Assembly: GCF_006345805.1 (NCBI RefSeq)
Contig: NC_043002.1
Coordinates: forward strand, 68,758,001-68,822,000
Source of the DNA: Octopus sinensis
Lineage: Eukaryota
Direction: 5' to 3'
DNA length: 64,000 nt
Position 1 is the stretch's first letter, and every line of letters begins with the position of its first letter. Positions 26,156-39,045 of the stretch are shown piece by piece. The position numbers and the translations under genes were made by a program. Under the pieces are notes generated by a model that saw nothing but the letters and a program-made list of their open reading frames with translations, was not told the DNA's origin and searched no databases.

Positions 26156-26203
26156 GCTTCTACAGACTAGAACTGTTTCATTCAAAAGAAATCATCAGGA
26201 AGC
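26156..26203 (-). ncRNA. Type I hammerhead ribozyme motif with intact core (minus arm of palindrome)
   Basis: The reverse complement reads gcttc-CTGATGA-tttcttttgaat-GAAACAG-ttctagt-CTGT-A-gaagc, one nt shorter in loop III. Confidence 0.75.
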
Positions 26204-26250
26204 TTCCTGATGATTTCTTTTGAATGAAACAGTTCTAGTCCTGTAGAAGC
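26202..26250 (+). ncRNA. Type I hammerhead ribozyme motif with intact core (plus arm of palindrome)
   Basis: gcttc-CTGATGA-tttcttttgaat-GAAACAG-ttctagtc-CTGT-A-gaagc. Stem I 5 bp, stem III 4 bp, GUA cleavage triplet, short stem II (ttc/gaa). Confidence 0.78.
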
Positions 26251-26333
26251 TCCTTCTATAAAATAAATTAATTTACTCTGCTATGTATTGAGTACTTTAT
26301 TTACTGTGGTTAACCCCGACTCAACCCGGGACC

Positions 26334-26389
<56 letters not shown>

Positions 26390-27412
26390 AGGTATGGTGA
26401 TGTAAACAGGAAGAATAGAACTCAAACTAGGAGTATATGAGTATATGTATATTTGTTTTATTCTTTAGAAGCAACAGAGTGACTCAAGGTCCCAGAGTTT
26501 CATACGTTGACACTTATCAAACTAGTTACAGGCTGAAGAATAGCGGGTTTACATAGCTGGTGAAAATTACATTTTCCTCTGGATTGCTCTAGATCGAAAT
26601 TTAAAGCATAATATAACAATGCATACATACATACATGCACACACACACATATATATGTATGTATTATGTATGCGTGCGCGTAACTGGCTTTCACACAGTT
26701 TTTTGCTTATCAGATTCACTCACAAGGAATTGGTTAGTCTGGGGCTATTGTAGAAGACATTTGCCAAAGATGTCATACTGTAGGATTGAACTTATTATCT
26801 CCTGATAGTGAAGCAAACACGTCTTCACTACCCAGTCATGCTTGTATCCATACAGATAAGCAACCAATGAGACACCACATAAACATATAAACAAAGCATG
26901 CACTGAAGCACATTAACATATATGCAAATATTGATGCGTACGTGTATATACAAATATATATATAAAGATACAGATATGTAAACAAACATAAACAGATACA
27001 ACTACAATGACATATACATAAAGATAGACTCACACGTACATGTGTACATACTCAAGCAAGCATAGATATGTATGCCGACAAACGTATGGAAATATATTCA
27101 CATACACATACATATATAGATGAACAAACACAGACGTACAGCCACAGGAATTCAGACGTCCACATGTATAGAGATACACAGACACATATGCATACATATG
27201 TACACAGATATACACGCATAGATAAAACACATGCACACATATACATATAAACAGAGGCACAGAACTAACATATACAGACAGTCGCACATAGACATATAAA
27301 GATAGATACACATAGAGATACAAGCAGACATTCACATATAGATAAGTATTGATAAACATAGATACAAATATACACATACAAACACATATAGATGGGTACA
27401 GGCATAGATATA

Positions 27413-27529
27413 CAGTAATCCAACGCTATATTGCGGTTTATTATTTAAACTTACGTCGATACCTCTGTGGTGTTGTTCTTTTGCATTTATAATAAAATAT
27501 AGACAAATTATAAAAATTTGACAGCACTG

Positions 27530-27563
<34 letters not shown>

Positions 27564-27655
27564 ATATATATTTACAGCGCTGTTTCTACTTCGCGGATTT
27601 TTACATATAGTGGCGGGTTCTGGATCGTAACACCGCGATAGTCGCGGGATAACTA
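27413..27655. mobile_element. pogo/Tigger-like MITE remnant
   Basis: TA|CAGTAATCCAACGCTATATTGCGGT ... ACCGCGATAGTCGCGGGATAACTA|TA: imperfect TIRs with TA flanks. Confidence 0.6.
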
Positions 27656-28831
27656 TAGCTATACATACAACCAGACCAGACAAAAACACACATTCAGATA
27701 AACATTGACACAGAGATATATATGAATATAAAAATGCACACACACAGCCATATAAAGACAAATGCATATACACACAAACACGTGCAGACCAGTGATATAG
27801 TCCATCCTGAACCACACACCTTATGACAAAGGATGATGGATATATATTATTGCTTGTCTGGGAATAGTGGAAATCAGAACTACTTCCTTCTCTTCTGTCT
27901 GTTTATCAATTGGTCAGAAAGATGGCTACAATAGGAGTACTAATAGTGACAGAACTGGTAGCTTGAAGATGTTATGGTGGTGGAGGTCGTAGTTGTTGTC
28001 AGCCCAGGTCGAGCTCCCAGGTCAGCTTTGGTCGAGCAGACCTATCTATGAACGAAGGTACTCTAGCTGTGATCATCATATCTCTTTCCCAGTGTGCAAG
28101 GATCATAGGAGCACGTGATCCAAAATATGTCCCCTTCACTATGTAAAACGATTGGGTTGAGGGTGATTTAGCTGCTATTTCTAGCAGGACGAGAACCACA
28201 TAGAGGCTTTCTCAGGTGATACTGGTGGACGATGGTGGGGGTGGCTGTGGTGGTGGTTAGTGATTTAGGCATAAGTAAACCCTGGTTGAACAGACCGATG
28301 ATCAAAGATATTTCAAGACTTTCATGTGGGGTTTTTTTTAATAAAGATAATAGAACGCAATTTAAGAGGTAAATTAGGCCGTTTTTTCCAGCAGGTCAAG
28401 CAGTGACTTAGAAGGATCCTTTTGGCTCCTGCAGACGGTGGCTGTGGATGCATTGTTACCGCCGTCACCACTCCCACCACAACCATCACCAGCATGGTCG
28501 TCGTCATCATCATCATAATCATCATCAGTAGTAGTGATTGTAGTCGTAGCGCGAAAGTCCCAACATGGTAGCAGTTATAATGGCGGGAGTGCTGACAGTG
28601 AGTAGTGGTAGAAGTGATAAGGAAATAGACATGGTGGGAGTGGAGGGAGGAAGTAGTCACGGTGGTAGTGTTGTTGTTTACAGTGGTAATTGAAGCAGCA
28701 GATGTCCTCTGCGATAGAGTTGGCGGTGTTGGTGACGACGACGGTGGTGAGGGAATACTAATAGTGGTACTTATGATGGTAATGGTAGTAGTACTGTTAT
28801 TTATTAATGAGTTGTAATCAATTTCATACAG

Positions 28832-28872
<41 letters not shown>

Positions 28873-29557
28873 GTGGCTATCGAAATAATGCCTGTAACAC
28901 ATACATTCACACACACACACATACACAAGAACAACAACAATACACTGAATGAGATAAATGAACCGTTATAGCTGTACTGCTGCTTGCTATAATTCAAGAC
29001 GAAGTAGTAAACAGTGCTAGGAACAATAAAGAAGAAAAAAACTCACACACGTGGTGTAGACTTATAAGGTTATAAACACCGTGAAATGCTGTATAACAAA
29101 ATACTTAGCACAACGTGCTTTTTCTCCCTCGAACATTCACACTTTGGAATGCCTTTTCTGCTAATGATTTCCCTCTTTACATCAACCTGTATTAAAATAT
29201 CTAAGAGGACCTGTGAAGGTTATATGTTGTTTTTCTCTTCGAATTAATTAAAGATTTAAAAATGAAATTAAGTTCCAGAATTCAACAGGGTTATTGTTTT
29301 AACTCTCCGAGGGATCTTGTTATAAATTTTTTCTGACTGTTTATTATAAGTTATTTATTCACATAGAGGCTGTGTGATAAGTAGCTTGCTTACCAACCAC
29401 ATGGTTCTGGGTTCAGTCCCACTTCGTGGCACGTTCGGTGTCTTTTACTATAGCATTGGGCCAACCAAAGCCTTGTGAGTGGATTTGGTTGACGGAAACT
29501 GAAAGAAGCCCGTCGTATGTAAAAACATACATACATATATATATGTGTGTGTGTGTG

Positions 29558-29607
<50 letters not shown>

Positions 29608-29647
29608 ATATTATATATATATATATATATTATATATTATATATACG

Positions 29648-29898
29648 GAGATTTACTTGTATAGCGAGTGACTTGATCTGAGATCGTGTGCTGGAACGAA
29701 AACAATTGCAGCGTGGAAGGTGTTTATAAGCCATTTAAGAAGCACACAAAAGCCGTTAGATTCACTTCAAGTTTTGTCAGTGAACAGGTCGCGGTCTCAA
29801 AGCGACGAAAATATTTTGACAAATTAAATTTAAATGTTGAAGTGAATCTAACGGTTTTTTTTTTGTGTTGCTTATAAACACCTTCCACGCTGCAATTG

Positions 29899-29900
<2 letters not shown>
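29648..29900. mobile_element. Long-arm palindromic MITE-like element (internally deleted copy)
   Basis: Homologous to 53696-54005; AACAATTGCAGCGTGGAAGGTGTTTATAAG arms. Confidence 0.85.
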
Positions 29901-29937
<37 letters not shown>

Positions 29938-30025
29938 TAATCCAAACAAGAAAACAAAAACAAAAAAACAACAACGCAAGGACGTGGAACAAATAAAGTA
30001 TTATTCGACGCTCAGGGAAGAAGGA

Positions 30026-30062
30026 GGTTTGACGTTTCGAGCCGAGCTCTTCGTCGGAAGCA
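30026..30062 (-). ncRNA. Hammerhead-like motif with U4C variant core
   Basis: Minus strand: gctt-CCGACGA-a-gagc tcg gctc-GAAAC-GTC-aaac. Good stem II and GUC triplet, weak stem I. Confidence 0.45.
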
Positions 30063-30110
30063 TAGGAGAAGGGAAGACAGGGAAAAAAATCGCTAGTGAT
30101 ACAGACGAGG

Positions 30111-30143
<33 letters not shown>

Positions 30144-30156
30144 TATAATATATATA

Positions 30157-30190
<34 letters not shown>

Positions 30191-30479
30191 CTGGGTTTGT
30201 CCTTGCACCATCGTTTGGCAACCGGCAAAAGAGACCAATAGAATAAGTACGAGGCTTACAAAGAATAAGTCCTGGGGTCTATTTATTCGACTAGAGGCAG
30301 TGCTCCAGCATGGCCGCAGTCAAGATGACTGAAACAAATAAAAGAAATAGAGTATATTTAAAGTAAAAAAAAATCAGATTTTTTTCTTCCAAATTTCGTA
30401 CCTCGACGTAACTCCCTTATTAGAAAAAAAATGAATGCGATTTTCATTATACAACAAAATACTTGAGCTCAGAAACATC

Positions 30480-30712
30480 TGTATGCCTTTTGCATACAGA
30501 TGGTAATTGACCAGTTCAGAGCCCCAGTCATGCAAATCAGCCATTGAAACCAAGGACTTGTGTGCTGGAATATTGTCCTGATGAAACAAAACCCCTTCAG
30601 ATTTTCATAACTGCCTCAGCAAGTTGGCATCACACTCTCCATTGATGGTTTGGCCCTTTTGAAGATAGTCAATGAACATAATGCCTTTTGTATCCCAAAG
30701 AACTGAAAACAT
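30480..30712 (-). mobile_element. Mariner (DD34D) transposase fragment
   Basis: MVMFSVLWDTKGIMFIDYLQKGQTINGE..ANLLRQL and FHQDNIPAHKSLVSMA are hallmark mariner motifs. Confidence 0.9.
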
Positions 30713-31120
30713 TACCATGGAAGGAAGAGTAGAGTGTAGTAGATCAAGAGGCAGGCAAAGAACGCAGTGGATGGGCAATATCGTGAGCTGGTTGGACAAG
30801 AGTGGCAAGGCAGCTGGAGAACTCACACTTAGTCAGGAAGATTTCTGTTGTGTCCATTAATGCACTGCAGGTATATGAATCATGATGACAGGTTATAAGA
30901 ATGACATCAAGCTTTAAAGTCAATTGTTCTAACAGTTTGCAAATGTTCAAATTTGAGACTTTCCACTCGTGTTAATACGCATGCTCACACAAGCACAAAA
31001 AACAGTGCAGACAATATTAGCTGATCACATCCTACTAACTTAAAAAATTGGAAGGATACACAGAACAATATCATCTTAGATACATTATGCCTAGAATGGA
31101 TGGGATGCAGAGGTTTTAAT

Positions 31121-31512
31121 CATAGGCACAGGAAGAGCTACGTGGTAAGTAGCTTGCTTACTAACCACATGGTTCTGGGTTCAGTCCCACTGCATGGCAT
31201 CTTGGGCAAATGTCTTCTATTACAGCTTCGGCCATCCAAAGCCTTGTGAGTGGATTTGGTAGATGGAAACTGTAAGAAGCCCATCATATATATATATGTT
31301 TGTGTGTCTGTGTTTGTCCCCCACCCCATCCAACATTGCTTGACAACCGATGCTGGTGTGTTTACGTCCCTGTAACTTACCGGTTCAGCAAAAGAAAGAG
31401 ACAATAGAATAAGTACTAGGCTTACAAAGAATAAGCCCTGGGGTTGATTTGCTCGACTAAAAGTGGTGCTCCAGCATGGCCACAATCAAATGACTGAAAG
31501 GTAAATGAGTAT
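31121..31512 (+). mobile_element. SINE family A
   Basis: Full-length copy. Confidence 0.88.
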
Positions 31513-33816
31513 AAGTCCCAGACTTGATTGAGGACTACAAAAAATATTGTCAACTGATTAAATCCGAACAATCAAAACTAAATACTGTGAAGTATATAGT
31601 TTGATCTTCTGACACCCGCTACCTTCTGTTTTCATTTACTATATTGATTTCTAACTCTGGCACTAGACCAGACATATCTGGAAGGAGGCAATAGTTGATT
31701 AAATTGAATCTACTAATTGACGAGTATTTTGTTTCATTGATTTTCAAAGGTTAAAAAGCAAAATTGACCTTGGCAGGATTTGAACTCAGAATATATATAA
31801 ACCTAAGTAAATATTGCAAGGAATTTTGTCTAACATTTTACTGGTTTGGTCAATTCTCATTTAATAATTAGTCGAACAATTGCTATTTATTTTAATTGTT
31901 TTTCAACAGTTTGGATAGCCATATTTTATTTTGCAATACCATATATATATATGATTTTGATAAAAACAGTAATTAGAAAACTAATTCTCATCTGATAAGT
32001 ATCAGATTACATTTGGGATTACAGTTAATCCCTCCTAGCCATGGAGCTAGCTCAACCAGCCCATAAAACAAACCTTTCTAAACCTCATTATTAATCCATT
32101 GAATTTACCTTATTAATCCAGTTGTATGATTTAAAATTACTTCTTTCATTTTCTTACATCGTAGTCAAAAAAAGCCAAAATGTCTAGAAGAATAAAATTC
32201 AACAATTTAATACTATATTCTTGTTTAATGTGCGTATTACTTGGAGTTAGTGCAAAGCAATGAAATACACCTTGACTGTATCATGACAAAGCATTTACCT
32301 CATTGAACCTCATGTTCTCATTTCCATTATCTGGAGATGTTGTATGTGAAGCATGACTAATACACTTTGAAGGCTTCAGGTGTAAGTCAATGTATACCTG
32401 TTGAGATCAGTGCAGACAGATATTTAACCCCGGAAATAGATAAATGATAAAAACAGTAATGAAGTGTTTCCTTTCAAATTTCAATAAAGAAAGGTTAGAG
32501 TTCATGATGATGGCAACTTCACACCATTCATAAGTTTCAACTTCTGCTTTGATTCAGTTCAACAGAAATCTTCCATCTTTATTGCAGTAGTCAGTTACAT
32601 GTGTCAGGCATGCTATTCAGCTGATTGATGGACCTTTTTCATTGTAAGAGCTATGTGATACCTCAGTTTGTATTGCTCATAATTCTCTGTTAGATACAAA
32701 CTGATTGCTTTCGTTGAGAAGGATTGTGTCATTTCCCATTCACAGATCCTTCCCATTATATTCTCTTGTTGAGTTTATTCATACAAAGCTAGAACCTAAA
32801 ATGTATTTCTATATACCACCACCATCATATACACACATATATATATGTATTTATATAAATATATGTATATATATATATTTGACAGGGTTTCACTCAGTCT
32901 CTATCTACCAAATTCACTCACAAGGCATTAGCTGGCTGTGGGGCTATGACAAAAGGTGCTTTTCCAAGGTGCTGAACAGTGAAAATGAACCTGAAAACAT
33001 GGTTACAAAGTTTCTTAACCACACAGCCATGCCTGCACCTACTGTGTAAAAAAAAAAAAAAAAAATCTATGAAAATGGCTGGAGAAAATATTCTACCTTG
33101 CTAGAAGGGCTACAGTAGTCTTGCAAGGCAGAGAATAGATGGAAAAGGAAAATCAAAGAATGGATTGTCGTCATCGTCGTTGTCATCATCATCATCATCA
33201 TCATAATCATCGTTTAACGTCCGCTTTCCATGCTAGCATGGGTTGGATGATTTGACTGAGGACTAGCAAACCAGATGGCTGCACCAGGCTCCAATCTGAT
33301 CTGGCAGAGTTTCTACAGCTGGATGCCCTTCCTAACGCCAACCACTCTGAGTGTGTAGTGAGTGCTTTTACGTGCCACCTGCACGAGGGCTAGTCAAGTG
33401 GTACTGGCAACGGCCACGCTCAAATGGTGTTTTTTAAGTGCCACCTGTACAGAAGCCAATCCAGCAGCACTGGCAATGACCTAGCTCGAATGTTTTGTTC
33501 ACGTACCACCGACACAAGTGCCAGTAAAGCGACGCTGGTAACGATCACGCTCGAATGGTGCTTTTTACTTGCCACTGGCATGGAAGCCTGTTAGCTGCTC
33601 TGGCAACGATACGGAAATAATTTCAATAAATTAATAATTTGCTGATGACAATAATGTTTGTTTTTGGTGATTATAGTTATGATGGCAATAATAACTATGG
33701 CAGACATTATACAACTCACATCATAACGGTGCTAGGTAACAAAAACATGTAAATAAATATATGTATTAACACAGAGATCTAGTAGAATTGATAGCACATT
33801 GGACAAGCTGATTACT

Positions 33817-34054
33817 CTCTTTTTACTATTTTACTTGTTTCAGTCATTTGACTGTGGCCATGCTGGAGCAGCGCCTTTAGTCGAGCAAATCAATCCCAAG
33901 ACTTATTCTTTGTAAGCCTAGTACTTATTCTATCAGTCTCTTTCGCCAAACCGCTAAGTTACAAGGACATAAACACACCAGCATCGGTTATCAAGCGATG
34001 TTGGGGAGACAAACACAGACACACAAACATATACAAACACACATACATACATAC

Positions 34055-34134
<80 letters not shown>

Positions 34135-34710
34135 TGAGATAGGGGTTGTAAATGCAACCCTCCATGGGATAATATATATCCAATATACTGCTAGTGAAGT
34201 ACCCAACAAGGTTAATACATAAATGTTAAGGATTGCGATGCAATCAATTCATTTACTGTATTATATGGGCAAAGGTAAAATGATTTACCACAAATTCATA
34301 ATACAAAATAAGAAAATGGAGAAATACATCTAAATCAAATATCAATTACCAGATAGTACTCAATCACATACTTTATTAAACCACCACATAAGAAACTATA
34401 GGGTTAAACATAACTTTTTAATGTTTAACCCTATAGTTTCTTATGTGGTGGTTTAATAAAGTATGTGATTGAGTACTATCTGGTAATGATATTTGATTTA
34501 GATGTATTTCTCCATTTTCTTATTTTGTATTTATATATATATATATATACATATATACGACGGGCTTCTTTCAGTTTCTGTCTACCAAATCCAATCACAA
34601 GGCTTTGGTTGGCCCCAGACTATAGTAGAAGACACTTGCCCAAGGTGCCACACAGTGGGACTGAACCTGGAACCATGTAGTTCGTAAGCAAGCTACTTAC
34701 CACACAGGCG
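33817..34710 (-). mobile_element. SINE family A split by a fold-back insertion
   Basis: 3' half 33817-34030 and 5' half 34550-34710, with an insertion at about 34130-34530 inside the (TA)n. Confidence 0.8.
34301..34530. repeat. Fold-back palindrome, arms of about 110 bp with a 9-nt spacer
   Basis: Arms 34301-34411 and 34421-34530, nearly perfect. Confidence 0.95.
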
Positions 34711-35154
34711 CACTGGGGTCGATGTAATCGACTTAATCCCTTTGTTTGTCCTTGTTTGTCCTTGTTTGTCCTCTCTATGTTTAGCCCCTTGTGGGCAATA
34801 AAGAAATCTATCTATCTATCTATCTATCTATCTCTTTCTCTGTCTATATTATATTGTATCATACTATATTATGTTACATTATATTATATTATATTATAAT
34901 ATATAGTAATATTGCATTAATAAACTTCTGTTAGTGTTAATGAAATAATTGTAGAATTATGCAATAAAGCAAGTTGCTCACTCTATTCTCATTGTTAATG
35001 TTTATATAAACTCTATGGATGTATACAGATTTTTCAGACATATCATCAGTGAAGAGGTCTATCTCATTGGATGATAGTACCTGATAGTTGATACCTGTGG
35101 ATGGGTAGTAAACTAAATAACCTAAATATATATAATATCATATAATATATATAT

Positions 35155-35560
35155 ACAAGCTGCATTCCAGAAGTTTTCAGGCTTTTTCAGGAGAGACGTT
35201 TATAAATTTCAAAGAAGTACAAAACTTTAATCTCCTTCAAAGTAGGACCCTCTGATTTCAATACATTTGTTGTAGTACAACAGCCACTTTGTGAAGGCCT
35301 CATGGAAGCCCTCTAAAGTGAAGGTGTTCAGAACCATTGTCACAGCCTCTTTCATCTTCAAAATCACTGCCCCTGAGATTCTCTTTCCACTTGGGAAACA
35401 ATCAAAAGTCACAGGCAGCAGAATCCGAACTGTAGGAAGGATGAGGGACAGGTTTGATGGTCAACTCTTGTCAAGTAGTTGGTTACCAGGATGCTCATCT
35501 CTGAACACCATGGAAACAAACTTGGCACAAATTTTAAATATTTTCAGATATTCGTGAATA
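35155..35560 (-). mobile_element. Mariner transposase C-terminal fragment with probable decayed TIR
   Basis: ...MKEAVTMVLNTFTLEGFHEAFTKWLLYYNKCIEIRGSYFEGD* matches the mariner W..R..KC....G.YFE ending. Confidence 0.85.
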
Positions 35561-36753
35561 ATTCTGTGTACAGTTGTCACTGAAACTCCAAACTGTATGC
35601 TTATAGTCTTTATAGAATGACAGTGATAAGTTTGCATTCAGCAAACTAGTCAGCTGTGACAAGCAGTGTTTAGTAGAGTATGTTCAAAGTGCTGTTATAG
35701 CAATCTCCTTCAATCTGGAATTACAAGAGTGGGTAAGTCAGCTTATTAGATGTGTGGTAATGAAATACTAAAATTACTATAATCTAGTTATAACTGCTGG
35801 CTACCTCTGTTGAGCGTAAGGTTATATAATCGGATTGTTACTCCTAGCGTGTACTCCTCTGTTGTACTCCTAGCGCGAAAACAATTTGTAAGATCAGCCT
35901 TGATTGATATATAATTCTGTACACTTCAGATAATATACCCACTCTATTGACAGATATACAAGTGCATCTTTTTGCCAATTTATGGAATTTTAGATGACTT
36001 ATATGCTGGCACAAGTTCAATTGTTGTTAAATATGGATTATGTATAAGGACTGGCCCCTGTGTCAGTGGCACGTAAAAAGCACTACCTGAACTTGATTGA
36101 TGCCAGGCCCACCTGACTGGCTCCTGTGCTGGTGGCACGTAAAAAGCACCCACTACACTCTCGGAGTGGTTGGCGTTAGGAAGGGCATCCAGCTGTAGAA
36201 ACAATGCCAGATCAGATTGGAGCCTGGTACAGCCGCTGGCTTCCCAGACCTCAGTCAAACCGCCCAACCCATACCAGCATAGAAAACGGACCTTAAATTA
36301 TGATGATGATGATGATGATGATGATGATATGGAGTGTGGCATTTGCACAGCTTCTGTTTACCAAATTTTTCACACAACACGAAGTATGGATGTCAATCTG
36401 AATCTACGGTAGAAGCTGCTTTGCTCGAGGTGCCATGTGCTTCTAAAACAAACTTTGTAACTGTATACTGGTGCATGCTGGGATATGGGAAGCATTGTAT
36501 TTCTCTATTTCTAGTGTGTACTAATCTATTATTATCAACAAGATAATAAATAGGAAATTTAATGTGGTTGTTAATTTAAGTGCTCAGCTGCTAAGTTTAA
36601 TCTCAATGAAATATTATAATGTCTTTATGTAAGCATGTCTGTACATATTATAAGTACGTGTGAGTGTGTGTGTATGTGTGGGTGTGTGGAAGTGTATGTT
36701 TGAGTATATGTGTATAAATGAATGGGCTTGTATGAGTGCAACATGTATATATA

Positions 36754-36789
<36 letters not shown>

Positions 36790-38200
36790 GGAGAGTATGA
36801 ATACATCAGTGAATGTAACTATGTGTATGTATATAAGTATGGCTATATGTGAGTATATGTGCTTGAGTATGGGAGTGTATATGTCCGAATGTGGCTGTGT
36901 GAGTGTCTGGAGTTGAATGGAAGCTTTACAACATATACTTAGCATTTATCTTTTTATCTTTTACATTTTTGGTTTGTGTCAGTCATTAGACCATGGCCAT
37001 GCTGGGGCACCACCTTAGAGAATTTTAGTTGAATGAATCGACCCCAATACTTCTGTTTTTAAAGCACAGAACTCATTTTATTGATATCACTTGCTGAACT
37101 GCTGAGTTACAGAGATGTAAACACCCAACACTGGTTGTCAAGTGGTGGTGGGAGACAGCCACAGACACAAAGACATACACACATAGATAGACATATACAT
37201 ACGATGGACTTCTCTCAGTTTCCTATTTCTTTACTGCCCAGGAGGGGCTACACATAGAGGGGACGAACAAGGACAGACAAACGGATTAAGTCAACTATGT
37301 CAACCCCAGTGCGTAACTGGTACTTAATTTATCAACCCCTGAAAGGATGAAAGACAAAGTCGACCATAGCAGAATTTGAACTCAGAACGTAATGGCAGAT
37401 GAAATACTGCTAAGCATTTTGCCTGGCGTGCTAATGTTTCTGCCAGCTCACCGCCTTCAGTTCAGTTTCGGCTTCTTTCAGTTTCTGTCTACCAAATTCA
37501 CTTGCAAAGTTTTGGTCAGCCTGAGGCTATAGTAGAAGTGACTTGCACAAGGTGCGACACAGTGGGACTGAACCCAAAACCATGTGGTTAGGAAGCAAGC
37601 TTTGTTCCATACAGCCACTTTGTTTAGTTACTTTTTTATTGCTCTACATTCAAATCCTGTTGAAACTGAGTGAGTTAGCCCTTCATCCTTCAAGGAGATT
37701 GGGGTGCAATAAGGATTGCCAAAAATACATAACAGTACAATATGGAGGTACTTAAAGTAATTAGAAATTGCTATTATAAATCATATTTTTTATAATAAAG
37801 TGTGTCAAGAAGTGTACTTGGTGTACAGTTTTGGTTATTAATTTGTTGATTGCTCAGAAAATATTTTGTAGTGTTAAGTCACAAATAAGGTTATGTGTGT
37901 GTATGTATGTATGTATGTATGTATGTATGTATGTATGTATGTATGTATGTATGTATGTGTGTATGTATGTATGTTTGTATGTGTGTGTGTGTATGTATGT
38001 GTGTGTGTATGTATGTATGTATGTATGTATGTATGTATGTCTGGCATCAGTAATTACTCAGGGTAGGCATCAGTAATTACTCAGGGTAGGCAGCTGGTTA
38101 ACTTTGTGTAGTGAAACATAAAAAATAAGCAAAATATGCAACTGAGTTGAAGGCAGATTTACTTCTGCCTGTATAGCCCATAAAGAAAATGTTGTAGGAA

Positions 38201-38746
<546 letters not shown>

Positions 38747-38770
38747 TATATATATATATATATATATATG

Positions 38771-39045
38771 TGGAGGCGCAATGCCCCTGGGATAGGGCAG
38801 TGGACTCGCGGTTTCGATTCCCAGACAGGGGTGTTGTGAGTGTTTATTGAGCGAAAACACCTAAAAGCTCCACGAGGCTCTGGCAGGGGGTGGTGGTCCC
38901 TGCTGTACTCTTTCACCGCTCTTTCTCCCACTCTTTCTTCTGTTGGCCTGCTCGCTTAGCCAGCGAGGTGGCGTCATTCGAAGGCTAAAACATGCAAAAG
39001 CATTGTGACCAGCGATGTGTAACCTACATCTGATGGACTGGTCGT
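38771..39045 (+). mobile_element. SINE family C
   Basis: Homologous to 19465-19768. Confidence 0.85.

Larger units (their letters stand above)
26139..26267. repeat. Near-perfect 129-bp palindrome with no spacer
   Basis: Centre CAGGAAG|CTTCCTG at 26202/26203; the arms differ by a single C. Confidence 0.97.
29366..30352 (+). mobile_element. SINE family A split by nested insertions
   Basis: 5' half 29366-29520 and 3' half 30170-30352, with a MITE and a Penelope-type tail between them. Confidence 0.8.

Noticed and set aside
35021-35057. Hammerhead on the minus strand (CTGATGA...GAAA)
   Set aside because: No stem I, II or III pairing; a chance match.
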